In this document: one piece after another, positions 37,388-47,556 of the stretch
Layout: every line of letters begins with the position of its first letter
Position numbering within the stretch: the stretch's first letter is position 1
DNA from: a virus
IMG/VR virus record: IMGVR_UViG_3300033149_003257
Coordinates: 1 to 64,000 of that record
Reading direction: 5' to 3' (one strand)
Length of the DNA stretch: 64,000 nucleotides
Translations under genes and position numbers: made by a program
The notes under the pieces: generated by a model
Told to the model about the DNA's origin: nothing
Database searches by the model: none
Seen by the model: the letters and a program-made list of their open reading frames with translations, nothing else

Positions 37388-40042
37388 TTATTCTCCTATA
37401 ATATTAATAATTTCTTTGGGGTCTACCATAATCCCATACTCTCTACGAACATTCGTATCTTTTATTTCTGTATAAGAATTATGAAAAGTTGGAATTACTT
37501 TTTTAAATTGATTTTGATTTACAATTTGTTTTAAACTTTTTCTCGGATTTAATATTCCATATCTAGATATTATACCATTTTTTCTAAAATGTCGTGCATA
37601 AGAATGAGAATACTCATCTTTTATAATATTGACTAAATATTTTTTGTGTAATGGTTCATAACTAGAATTTTCTAACATAGTTATGTTATTATTCATAGTC
37701 TCAAAAATGTCACCACCTTGAAAACCAAAAGTAGAGAATAAAATAGAATCATGATTTATTTTTGACCATGATGGCATATCTTTTGTATATAGTTCAAAAT
37801 TTTCTAACAAATCATCAAACCAAATAGTACAACAGTTTGAACATAAAACTAAAGGTTGATTACAACCAGTATCTGTTAAAAAAGCAACAATAATATTTGC
37901 TTTACTTTTTGGAAAACATTTTATTCCTTTTACCTTTGCTTTTATCTTAGTTCCAACTTTTACACCATTATATTCCGAAGAAACATGTCTAATTGTTCCA
38001 GCATTTATTATTCCAGTTCTAAAACTAATAAAATTTTTCTCATAATTAATATTATCATTACTATTCATTGAAATTACCAAATGATGAAAATCATTTACTG
38101 AAAAATTTGTAATTTGTCTAATTTTTAACATATCTACTGGATTTCTCCAATCTACAAAAATAACTTTATCTCCTAGTGAAAATTGTATATCTAAATCAAA
38201 ACTTCTGATTTTAACATGATCATCAGCTAATATATCTTGTATATTAAAATTTCTATTATAATCTAATTTATCAAGTTGATCAATATAATATCCATCTTTT
38301 CTAACATTTATAATTAAATTCTTACTACTATGCTGTAAATATAATCCATTTCTTACAGTTGAAACCATATTAGCATCATTATTTTCAGTTTCATTAACAA
38401 TATTATGATAATTAAAAAAACTATTTATGTCATAAATTTCTACTTCTTTATTACTGTTTTCAAATATACATCCTAAAACATTATCTTCTGTTTCTGTATC
38501 AAAAGCAACAAATTTTAATAATTTATAAAAATGAATAATTGGACTAAATATTCTTCTACTTTTTTTCATACGTTCATTAAAATAATATTTCTTTCCTATT
38601 TCCAATTTAGTACCATTATTTAATACTATATTATTTAAATCTATATGCTCAGCGACAATAGAATCAGATAAATAATTATAATTATCTGTTATTATTTCTG
38701 CTTTACCATCGTAATTAATTCTAATTTTATTTACCTTATTATAAATACCTTCTATTGGAAAAGTAATTTTAATAATATCTCCGCTTTTTATTGTTACACC
38801 ATTTTTTAAAATAATTTCAGATAAAGAATTTGTATCAAAAATTTGATTCATATATTGCATAAATTTATTAGTTAATTTATACTTTACTACTTTACTATTT
38901 TCTCTATCTTCAAAATTAATATATCTAACTTCTTCAAAATTATTCTCAAAACTATTCTTAAAAATTAGAGAATATATATATTTAACTCTTCCATTATTAA
39001 ATTTAACGGAATCTCCAACAGACAATATACGATCATTTAAATAAAGATTTTTTGAAAAACTTTCTACAAGTGTATAATATTCTTCACCTTCTTCACTTAT
39101 TTCTAATTCATCTACAACATCAATACCTTCACTAAAAAAAGAAACTATATCAAAATAACCTATAATATTTTGTCTGTTTTTCTTGATCTTTTTTTGTATA
39201 AGTGTTTCTACTAATCCCTTCAAATGGACGTTAGCCTTTAACCAATTTACATTAAATATAAACATTGGATCTTTCATAGAATAATAAGACCATGTTAAAA
39301 AATCAGATAACTCTAAAGGTCCTTCTCGTTCGTAATCAATATAATGATATGAATAATCTTTATTAAATATATTTTTCCAGAATGCATTAATATAAGCTTC
39401 AATAGTTTCGTTACAGTTTCCATATGTATATTTATTAGTAATTTCGCCTAAACAAACAGAATAATTTGTATTAATATTTGTTAAATTCGGTTTTAAAAGG
39501 TCATCTTCTAAAGAACCAAATGGAGATAATTTAAAAAATACTTTCATTTCTTTTACTATAGGACCATCAAAAATAAATATATATATAATATAAGGAAATG
39601 ATAAAGATATTTTGTATGGAGATTTATTTTCTTGAAGGAAATTTTGTAAATTAAATATATCTATTTTTCCTTCAATTTTTAATTTTTCAATTATAGCTTC
39701 AAAATTAAAATCTATAAAAATAGTTCTTATTCTTGGTTGTTCTTCAATAACAAATATTTTTTTATGTGTTAAATCTTTAAAAAATCTACAGTTTTTAGGA
39801 AGCAACATATCTAAATCAGCATGTGAATCTTGTATTAATATTTTCTGCATATGCTTAAAAAAATCACTTGTGAGTAATGAAAATTTATTTGAAAAAGGTA
39901 CTACATTAGCTTCAGCTTCATTGATATCTTTTTCTACTAAATTTAATTCAGATATTTTTTCATTACTAAATGCTTTTATATTATATAAACCTGTTTTATT
40001 TCTATCAATAATTATACAATCATTTGTTGACATTGTTGACAT
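37388..40042 (-). CDS. Prokaryotic E2 (family D-like) domain fused to tandem KOW/SH3-like repeats
   Basis: LSFPYIIYIF...LLKPNLTNINTNYSVCLG...AFWKNIFN, then repeated hxxGDxh motifs (LSVGDSVK, IKSGDIIK, LEIGKKYY, FSLGDKVI, VKVGTKIK). Confidence 0.7.
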   Translation of the reverse strand: MSTMSTNDCIIIDRNKTGLYNIKAFSNEKISELNLVEKDINEAEANVVPFSNKFSLLTSDFFKHMQKILIQDSHADLDMLLPKNCRFFKDLTHKKIFVIEEQPRIRTIFIDFNFEAIIEKLKIEGKIDIFNLQNFLQENKSPYKISLSFPYIIYIFIFDGPIVKEMKVFFKLSPFGSLEDDLLKPNLTNINTNYSVCLGEITNKYTYGNCNETIEAYINAFWKNIFNKDYSYHYIDYEREGPLELSDFLTWSYYSMKDPMFIFNVNWLKANVHLKGLVETLIQKKIKKNRQNIIGYFDIVSFFSEGIDVVDELEISEEGEEYYTLVESFSKNLYLNDRILSVGDSVKFNNGRVKYIYSLIFKNSFENNFEEVRYINFEDRENSKVVKYKLTNKFMQYMNQIFDTNSLSEIILKNGVTIKSGDIIKITFPIEGIYNKVNKIRINYDGKAEIITDNYNYLSDSIVAEHIDLNNIVLNNGTKLEIGKKYYFNERMKKSRRIFSPIIHFYKLLKFVAFDTETEDNVLGCIFENSNKEVEIYDINSFFNYHNIVNETENNDANMVSTVRNGLYLQHSSKNLIINVRKDGYYIDQLDKLDYNRNFNIQDILADDHVKIRSFDLDIQFSLGDKVIFVDWRNPVDMLKIRQITNFSVNDFHHLVISMNSNDNINYEKNFISFRTGIINAGTIRHVSSEYNGVKVGTKIKAKVKGIKCFPKSKANIIVAFLTDTGCNQPLVLCSNCCTIWFDDLLENFELYTKDMPSWSKINHDSILFSTFGFQGGDIFETMNNNITMLENSSYEPLHKKYLVNIIKDEYSHSYARHFRKNGIISRYGILNPRKSLKQIVNQNQFKKVIPTFHNSYTEIKDTNVRREYGIMVDPKEIINIIGE

Positions 40043-40044
40043 AA

Positions 40045-40416
40045 TTATTCACCTTTCATAAATTTTAACATTTTTGCATATTTTGTTATTATTTTTTTTG
40101 CTGTTTCTTCATGAATCGCAAAAGTCTTTTTTGTTCTTAAACCTTTTCTATTTTTTAGTAAATCTTCAGTTAATGCTGATTGTAAAACTATAATAAATTT
40201 TCCTGGCATTTCTCTTTCTAAATTAAGATAACTTGTTTCATTTTTTGTTTTTCCAGGAACCTGTAAAGATAAAAATATATTTGGCCCTTTTGGTAAATTG
40301 ACATAATCTTGTATTGTAGAAACTTCTTCTTGATAAATACTATCACAAAGTCTTTTTACTTGTTCATCAAGACTACTATCTTCACAGTCGATTAAAACTT
40401 CTTCTAAAAGTGTCAT
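40045..40416 (-). CDS. Hypothetical protein
   Basis: 123-aa ORF, tightly packed. Confidence 0.6.
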   Translation of the reverse strand: MTLLEEVLIDCEDSSLDEQVKRLCDSIYQEEVSTIQDYVNLPKGPNIFLSLQVPGKTKNETSYLNLEREMPGKFIIVLQSALTEDLLKNRKGLRTKKTFAIHEETAKKIITKYAKMLKFMKGE

Positions 40417-40417
40417 T

Positions 40418-40768
40418 TTATTCCCCTAAATATGATTCACAAAATTGTTTCATATTAACAAATATTGATTTAAATAATTTTTCTTTATTAATTTTTTTTG
40501 TTGATGATTGATATAATATAAATGCAAATACCTCTTCAATAAAAGTTAAAATATCATCATCCAATTCTTCTACACTATTTGTATTTTGAATATATGCCTG
40601 GTTATTAATTATATCAATAAAATTAAACCTATCTTTCAAATTATTATTATCTTTAAATAAAATATTATTCATTCTTAATATACAACCAAATATATTATTT
40701 AACCATATAACTCCATTTGTTGTATCAATTTCTAAAGTTGCTAGAGGAATTTTTTTAATTAGTCTCAT
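40418..40768 (-). CDS. Hypothetical protein
   Basis: 116-aa ORF with GGAGGT RBS. Confidence 0.6.
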   Translation of the reverse strand: MRLIKKIPLATLEIDTTNGVIWLNNIFGCILRMNNILFKDNNNLKDRFNFIDIINNQAYIQNTNSVEELDDDILTFIEEVFAFILYQSSTKKINKEKLFKSIFVNMKQFCESYLGE

Positions 40769-40775
40769 AAATTAA

Positions 40776-41081
40776 TCACCTCCGTCTAATACTAAACTTT
40801 TTAGTTGGTGTTTCTAACCATTCTACTTTTTGGAATGGGACAGATCTCCAATCATTTTTTTCTAAATCAAAAACATGAATAATTTTATTATCTTTTAATA
40901 ACTTTAAAATTTTTTCTATATTTACAGATTTTGGTTTTTTGGAATCAGGTATTTTATCAAAATTTAAAGTACATTTCATAATTCTTATACTTCCATCTTG
41001 TTTTTTAAACCTTATATTTACCGAATCCTCTCCTCGAACTTTTCTCCAAAATTCTATTACACTATCTATAAAGTCTTCCAT
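40776..41081 (-). CDS. WYL_2/Sm-like SH3-barrel protein
   Basis: FKKQDGSIRIMKCTL...VFDLEKNDWRS. Confidence 0.75.
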   Translation of the reverse strand: MEDFIDSVIEFWRKVRGEDSVNIRFKKQDGSIRIMKCTLNFDKIPDSKKPKSVNIEKILKLLKDNKIIHVFDLEKNDWRSVPFQKVEWLETPTKKFSIRRR

Positions 41082-41095
41082 ATTCCTCCATTAAA

Positions 41096-42121
41096 TTATA
41101 TCCTTTTTTCTCGGTGCATAACAATTTCTGATAAACTAGGGTTTTTTTCAACAATATTTGACATTAACATACATGTCCAATTACATTTTCTACAAAGTTC
41201 TTTTTTATTCTTTTTAATAAAAGAATTTAAAAATGGACTTATTTCTTTATCTTTCAAAAATATTTTATCTGCTGGAAATACTCCAATACTTCCTTTTATT
41301 CGCAAACATAATCTAACCGTTCCATCAGCATCTATTGATAAATTATGTAAATTATTTTCAATTTTACAATCCATCTCAGATGGAAGTATATTTATAATTT
41401 TATTTAAAAAGTTAGATCCCATATGTACATCTAAATTCTCTTTTTGTATTAAATCTATTTGCTCTTCTAAAATTTTTGTTCTACTTACTAAGAGACTTTT
41501 ATCAGAAACATTAGAAAAATCATAATATGGAGTTTTTGCTATATCAATAAAAGTTATAGAACTACTTATATTATAGTCAGATAAATATTTTACTAGAGAA
41601 TATAAATACTCAACATTATTATTATCAACTGTAATTTCAGCAACTAGATCTTTTATAATTCCTTTATATTTAGAAAGATTTATTAATCCCTGTGTACTTT
41701 TTTTCATTCTGTCAGAAAATTCTTCATCAGAGAAAATTAGTGGATCAATTGAAGAAGTCAATCCAGAAATATATGGTACACTAATCATTAAATCTTCTAA
41801 TTTATCTTGAACTTCTTCTGAATTATTTGTAATAATTGTATAATGTATACCTTTCTTATTACAATATACAACTATTTCTGCAAGATCTTCTCTTAATAAT
41901 GGTTCACCACCATAAAATATATGAAACATATCTGAATTATGGTTATAAAATTTTTCTAAACAATTTATAACAAACGAAGTAGACATTTCATTTTCATAAT
42001 AATATTTCATATTTGGATATGCTTTTGGTTTATCTTTATAATTTCTAACAATTCCACAATAAGAACATCTAAGATTACACTTTCTTGTTAATAACCAATT
42101 AACAATTCTAATTTCTGACAT
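41096..42121 (-). CDS. Radical SAM enzyme with C-terminal Cys cluster (twitch/SPASM-like)
   Basis: CNLRCSYC, YGGEPLL, ITN, C..IDADGTVRLC..CRKCNWTC. Confidence 0.9.
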   Translation of the reverse strand: MSEIRIVNWLLTRKCNLRCSYCGIVRNYKDKPKAYPNMKYYYENEMSTSFVINCLEKFYNHNSDMFHIFYGGEPLLREDLAEIVVYCNKKGIHYTIITNNSEEVQDKLEDLMISVPYISGLTSSIDPLIFSDEEFSDRMKKSTQGLINLSKYKGIIKDLVAEITVDNNNVEYLYSLVKYLSDYNISSSITFIDIAKTPYYDFSNVSDKSLLVSRTKILEEQIDLIQKENLDVHMGSNFLNKIINILPSEMDCKIENNLHNLSIDADGTVRLCLRIKGSIGVFPADKIFLKDKEISPFLNSFIKKNKKELCRKCNWTCMLMSNIVEKNPSLSEIVMHREKRI

Positions 42122-42140
42122 AAAAACTCCTTAATAAAAC

Positions 42141-44351
42141 TTAACTAAACAAAGATAACATTTCATCGCATTCAATTTGATCAATGTGCATATGACTTAT
42201 TATAAAAATAGATTTATCAAGAACGATTTTCTTTAATAATCTAGAAACATATAAAATGTTTTCCTCATCCAAAGAATCAAATATTTCATCCATTAATAAT
42301 AAATTAAATTTAATATGTTGAAAATTACTTTGTAAATCAGATAACATAAGAATAGTAGCAATATCAACAACTCTTGTTTGCCCACCAGAAAGCATATTTC
42401 TTGTATTAGATTTTGTCTGATTATCAAAAACATTTATAGATATCTTATCTCTAACTTCTCCAGATTTTGTAGTTTGTAAAGTATCAAATGATACAATATA
42501 TCTTCCATTAGAAATTTGATCCAAATAATAAGATACTCTATCATTCATAAAAGGAATACTTTCATCAATTAATAAACTAGGTATACCAGTAGATGAAAAG
42601 GCAATTTTCCAAAATTCTAAAATCTTAAGTTCATATTCTTTTTCTTTCTTACTTCTTTCAAATTTTTTGTTTTCATTATTGATTTCATCTATTTTATTTT
42701 TATAATAATGTAAATTACTTTCATCAAAAGTTTCTAATTGTTTACTTTCCAAAGAAGCTTTATTCATTTCTATTTGTATAGTAATATTATTTATTTGTTT
42801 ATTAATATCTTCTATTTCTCTTTCTATACAATCTTTTTTATTTTTTTCTATTTTTAAATTCTGTATTTCCTTTTCAAGATTTAACTTTTTATTTAGTAAA
42901 TCTTTAATAGAATTATCTTGTTTTTCTTTAGCAGAATTTTCTAGTTGTATTAAAACTTTACTAAGTTTTTCATCTATTTCTTTTATTTTAATAGATAATT
43001 GATTTGATAAATGTTTAATCTCTGTTTCAAAATCATTTTTAATTTGTTTCACAATTTCAGATTTCTCTTTTAATTTATCATTTAAATTATCTAACTTTGA
43101 TTTATATGGATTAATATAAATTTCAATTTCTTTAACTTGATTATCTAAATCTTCTATCTCTTTTTTTAAATGAATTTTATGGTCTTCAGTTATATCTTGT
43201 AAACAAAGAGGACATTTTGATGCTTCATTATTTATAGCATTTACAACTTTTTCTTGATCTCTAATTTTTCCCTGTAAATCTATTTCTTTCTTAGCAATAA
43301 TAGATTGAATTTCTTTTGCTTCTTCAATAATTGTTTCTATTTGATTTTCTTGTAAATTTTTTCCTTTTTCAAAATCTTCTTTTATTTTTATTTCATGTTC
43401 AGAAAAAGAAGTTCTAAGATCTTCTTTTTGCTTAAAAGCTAAAGATTTTAATTCAGACTCTTTTACAGATTTAGCAGACAAAATTTCTTGTTTAATATTA
43501 TCAAAATCAGTATTAATTTTATCTATTTCAAAATTAGTTTTTGATATTTTTGAATCTACTTCTCTAACAGATAAAATATCTGAATTCAATTTATTTAACT
43601 TTTGTAACATTTCATCTTTATTATTATTTAATATGATAATATTTTTTTGAATATCCTTAATATATAATTCTTTTTGTATATAAAACTTTTTCTTAGACTC
43701 TTCTATCTTTTGTATTTGTATTTCTGAATCCTTAAGTAGTTCAATATTAACACTTATCTTCTTATCAATTTCAGAAAGAGTTTGTAAAATATTTTCTATT
43801 CTCTTTGAAACTTCTCTATAATATAATACATATCTATCCAATAATAATATCTTTCTGAAAATTTCTTTTCGACTTGTATCATCCAAATCAGTAAAGAAAT
43901 CTTTAACTTTTTGAGAAAAGAAAAGAGTATTCATAAAAACTTTTCTAGAAACTAAAAGTCTTTCAACTTCTGGAACTACTTCTTTATGTCCTTTTTTATA
44001 TGGTTCTTCATCATTAATTCTAAGTGTAGCTAAATTTCCAATTTTATCATATTTCTGATATCTATCAACTCGATATTCTTGACTACTATTTAATTCATTA
44101 TCAAATATTTCAAACGTTACCCAAGTATGACAATTTTTATCTACAATATTGTTTACAACATCATCTCCTTTTTCATTTTTACTTGTTATACCATATAATG
44201 TAAAAGGAAAACACTCAAAAATAGTTGTTTTACCAGAACCATTTGGTCCAGTTATTAAAACTAATTTATTATCTTCAAAATTTATAACTACTGGATCTAT
44301 ATAACATCTAAAATTTTCCATTCCTATTTGTTTAAATTTTACTTGTCTCAA
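42141..44351 (-). CDS. sbcC: Rad50/SbcC/gp46-like recombination ATPase
   Basis: GPNGSGKT, coiled coil with CPLC hook, LSGGQ, LLMDE, IISH. Confidence 0.95.
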   Translation of the reverse strand: MRQVKFKQIGMENFRCYIDPVVINFEDNKLVLITGPNGSGKTTIFECFPFTLYGITSKNEKGDDVVNNIVDKNCHTWVTFEIFDNELNSSQEYRVDRYQKYDKIGNLATLRINDEEPYKKGHKEVVPEVERLLVSRKVFMNTLFFSQKVKDFFTDLDDTSRKEIFRKILLLDRYVLYYREVSKRIENILQTLSEIDKKISVNIELLKDSEIQIQKIEESKKKFYIQKELYIKDIQKNIIILNNNKDEMLQKLNKLNSDILSVREVDSKISKTNFEIDKINTDFDNIKQEILSAKSVKESELKSLAFKQKEDLRTSFSEHEIKIKEDFEKGKNLQENQIETIIEEAKEIQSIIAKKEIDLQGKIRDQEKVVNAINNEASKCPLCLQDITEDHKIHLKKEIEDLDNQVKEIEIYINPYKSKLDNLNDKLKEKSEIVKQIKNDFETEIKHLSNQLSIKIKEIDEKLSKVLIQLENSAKEKQDNSIKDLLNKKLNLEKEIQNLKIEKNKKDCIEREIEDINKQINNITIQIEMNKASLESKQLETFDESNLHYYKNKIDEINNENKKFERSKKEKEYELKILEFWKIAFSSTGIPSLLIDESIPFMNDRVSYYLDQISNGRYIVSFDTLQTTKSGEVRDKISINVFDNQTKSNTRNMLSGGQTRVVDIATILMLSDLQSNFQHIKFNLLLMDEIFDSLDEENILYVSRLLKKIVLDKSIFIISHMHIDQIECDEMLSLFS

Positions 44352-44397
44352 ACTACATAGCTCCTATAAGTATATTGAAAGGTATTGATGTATTCAC

Positions 44398-45405
44398 TTA
44401 TAATTCTACCTCACTACAAGAATTTACAATATCAATACCAACTGTTTTATAATCAATTCTCTTAGTTTCACTAATTTCTTTAATTTCTAAATATCTATCA
44501 AATCTTTCTGTTTCAGACATAGACATATCAATTCCTCTATTTGTAATATCAACTTGAGTTTTATTTACAATTCTAAAATCTTTATTTATATCATCAGTAT
44601 CAAAATTTTCTTTTTTAACTAAAACAACATCATGTCCATCATCTACTAATTTTTGAGATTCTTGAATTATATCTTGTTTATTTTCTTTTGTAATTATTAA
44701 TTGAAAATGTTTTTTATAACCAGTTGTTAATACACTTTCAATATTATGTTTATTTGTATCAATCACTAAAAATCTTTTTTCTTCATTCTTTTCATTCCAA
44801 TCTAATTGTATAGGAGATCCAACATATATAATATTACCAATTTCTTGAGGTTTATGATAATGTCCAAGCAAACAAGTTTTATAATTTTGTAATTGTGATA
44901 ATCTAATATCAGAAATAATTGATATACCACTACTAAGTTCAGCTTCATTTAATCCAAAATGAGCAATTAAATATTCGGAAGTACCATTTTTAATATCATC
45001 AACCATTTGATTAGACCATGGAATAAACAATATATTTTCTATTTGTTTTGTTTCATGAAACATAAATACATTTTTTTCATTATCTAAACACTTTAAAGAA
45101 GATATTCCACTTATCCCTCTAGAAGACATATCATGATTTCCATCTATAACATAAAAAGTTATATCTTCATTAGATCTTATATAGTCTAATAATACAGATT
45201 GGGCTAAAGAATGAATAATACTTTTAGTATGAAAAATATCTCCTCCAAAAAATATATTATTGATTTTATTTTTATGAGCATAATCAGATATATTATATAG
45301 AACTGTTTGTAAACTATGTAATCTTTCGGGAAGTTTCGTAGTTGATATAATTTTGTCTTGTGAATATAAAGACAAATGTAAATCTGCAGTATATATAAAT
45401 CTCAT
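44398..45405 (-). CDS. sbcD: Mre11/SbcD/gp47-like nuclease
   Basis: ADLH, GGDIFH, GNHD, GHYH, YVGSP. Confidence 0.92.
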   Translation of the reverse strand: MRFIYTADLHLSLYSQDKIISTTKLPERLHSLQTVLYNISDYAHKNKINNIFFGGDIFHTKSIIHSLAQSVLLDYIRSNEDITFYVIDGNHDMSSRGISGISSLKCLDNEKNVFMFHETKQIENILFIPWSNQMVDDIKNGTSEYLIAHFGLNEAELSSGISIISDIRLSQLQNYKTCLLGHYHKPQEIGNIIYVGSPIQLDWNEKNEEKRFLVIDTNKHNIESVLTTGYKKHFQLIITKENKQDIIQESQKLVDDGHDVVLVKKENFDTDDINKDFRIVNKTQVDITNRGIDMSMSETERFDRYLEIKEISETKRIDYKTVGIDIVNSCSEVEL

Positions 45406-46833
45406 TTAATCTCCCTTAATTATAGAAACTGCTTGATCCTCATCAATTTTAAATATTTTATTATTACTAATTAAAACAAAATTTATATTCCATTTTTTTG
45501 TTTGATAAAATTTTAATCGATTAAAAAATGTTTTTCTAATATCTTCACAACCATAATCAACCATATCTATAATAATTGGTGTTTTCTTTCCTTCTTTAGA
45601 TCTTACAACTCTTCCAGCTAATTGTTTAATATTAGATATTGGTGATGTCATTATAACACAATCTTTATGAGGAGCATCAATTCCATCTCTCATTTTTTGA
45701 GGTGTTGCAAAAACAACTTTATAATTTAATTTGTCTAACTGAGCATTCCCAGTAAACTTAGATTTACTAGACTCACTTACCCAATTATATAATAAATCAA
45801 CAAGTTTTATTCTCTCACATATAACAATTAAATCTCTATTTCTTTGTAATTTACTCAACATTCCTTTAATATTAGATAAAAATGTTTTTGATTTATAAAT
45901 TAAATTTAAATATCGTGCTCTTTGAAACTGCCCCTCCCAATGAAGATATATTCGTCTTTTAGGAATATCAATTTGATAATCTAATAATAAAACAGTAACA
46001 TTTGCATCCATAGTTCCTTCCGCTTCTTCATCAGAATAAACTGGTCCTAAATGATATTCAATAATATCACCATTTCCATCATATCTATAAGGAGTTGCAC
46101 TAAGTCCGTTTACATTAAAAGATGGTATATGTATTGAACATTCAGAAAATGTAGGAGCTCCAATTGTAGTATGAACTTCATCACCAACAAAATATCCAAT
46201 ATTTGCATCTTTTAAAGATTGTATAAATTTATTTCTATTTCTTTTTAATAAAGATATAAAAGTCTGATCTGTTGCTATAATAATTGGTTTTTCTAAATCT
46301 TTAAGAAATGTAGATGAAGAAAGTCGAGAAATATCATTTTCTTGTAAATTTGTAAAAGATAATATTCCTTGCGGTGGATCAGAATCTTTAATTCCCTTCC
46401 ACTGTTCAGCAAGAGAATCACGATGAACTAGAATCATAGTTTTCTTTTTAATAGATGCAATTTTAAATATAGTAATTACTGTTTTTCCTACACCCGGTTC
46501 AAGTTCTAAAATTCCTCTTTCAGAAGATAATAAATATTCTATTGCTCTTTTTTGAGTTTTATTTCTAGGAACAATTTTATGATAGATATCTATATCTTCT
46601 CCATGACTTGTATTATCAATAATTTCAAAATTTTCTATCTCTTCCTCAAGAGGAAAAAATCTAGGAATTAATAAATTTTCATTATGTTCTAAAAAGAATT
46701 TAACAACTACAAAACTCCCAGTAGAATAATCTTTATTCCTTCTAATTAATCTAGATTTTATTTTGTTATAAAATGACTGATCTTTATAATAATTAGGAAT
46801 AATAATTCCACCTCTTCTTGAGAAAGTAAACAT
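45406..46833 (-). CDS. SF2 helicase (UvsW/ResIII-like)
   Basis: PGVGKT, DEVH, LSATPYR, QLAGRVVR. Confidence 0.9.
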   Translation of the reverse strand: MFTFSRRGGIIIPNYYKDQSFYNKIKSRLIRRNKDYSTGSFVVVKFFLEHNENLLIPRFFPLEEEIENFEIIDNTSHGEDIDIYHKIVPRNKTQKRAIEYLLSSERGILELEPGVGKTVITIFKIASIKKKTMILVHRDSLAEQWKGIKDSDPPQGILSFTNLQENDISRLSSSTFLKDLEKPIIIATDQTFISLLKRNRNKFIQSLKDANIGYFVGDEVHTTIGAPTFSECSIHIPSFNVNGLSATPYRYDGNGDIIEYHLGPVYSDEEAEGTMDANVTVLLLDYQIDIPKRRIYLHWEGQFQRARYLNLIYKSKTFLSNIKGMLSKLQRNRDLIVICERIKLVDLLYNWVSESSKSKFTGNAQLDKLNYKVVFATPQKMRDGIDAPHKDCVIMTSPISNIKQLAGRVVRSKEGKKTPIIIDMVDYGCEDIRKTFFNRLKFYQTKKWNINFVLISNNKIFKIDEDQAVSIIKGD

Positions 46834-46845
46834 ATTATAAATCCT

Positions 46846-47262
46846 CTAATCTAACGAAAAAGTAGCTTTTGAATTTTCATTTTCATAAATAGTTACATAA
46901 TCCATTTCTATAAGTATACTTATTTGTTTTAATTTATGTGATATTTCTCGATAAAGAATTTGACATAATATTTCAGCTGTTGGATCATAATTAAATTTAA
47001 TGATTTTCATATTTTTTTTCATTAAATCCATACAATCATCCATAGTATTTAACATTAATGCATGATCCCACTTATCTAATATTTCATTAACTATCTTCTT
47101 TAAATCAGAAAAATCTAGAAGCATATCATTATCATTTAAATATTCACTTTTAATTCCAACTAAAATAGTAAAATTATGACCATGAATATTAGAACACAAT
47201 CCACTATGCTTACTTAACCTATGACCCACAGGTATTGTAAATTTCTTTTCTATTTTAAACAA
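46846..47262 (-). CDS. queD: 6-carboxy-5,6,7,8-tetrahydropterin synthase (QueD/PTPS)
   Basis: GHRL..H.GLCSNIHGHN, DFSDLK, WDH, PTAE. Confidence 0.93.
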   Translation of the reverse strand: MFKIEKKFTIPVGHRLSKHSGLCSNIHGHNFTILVGIKSEYLNDNDMLLDFSDLKKIVNEILDKWDHALMLNTMDDCMDLMKKNMKIIKFNYDPTAEILCQILYREISHKLKQISILIEMDYVTIYENENSKATFSLD

Positions 47263-47289
47263 ATTTTGTCTCCTTAATTAAAATTAAGA

Positions 47290-47556
47290 TTATAATCGAA
47301 TTCCTTTAATATCTATAACACATTTCAAACCAAGTTGATATAATTGATTATTTAAAAAATTATGTAAAATTGATATATTTTCAAAAATAATACGTCTCAA
47401 TAAACTATAATCTATTTTAATTAAATGCCGGTGTAACATATTATCTATCCAAATAACTTCTCCAAAACCACCACAAAAACTACAAATATTTTGTATTTTA
47501 ACCATTTCTTCAACGATTTTTTCTCCATTACATTTTTCACAAATACATAAATTCAT
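47290..47556 (-). CDS. Small zinc-finger protein (CxxCxG x2)
   Basis: CEKCNG...CSFCGGFG. Confidence 0.6.
   Translation of the reverse strand: MNLCICEKCNGEKIVEEMVKIQNICSFCGGFGEVIWIDNMLHRHLIKIDYSLLRRIIFENISILHNFLNNQLYQLGLKCVIDIKGIRL

Noticed and set aside
41096-42121. Calling the radical SAM enzyme QueE
   Set aside because: It is 341 aa with an extra C-terminal Cys cluster and lacks the QueE N-terminal QGEG motif.
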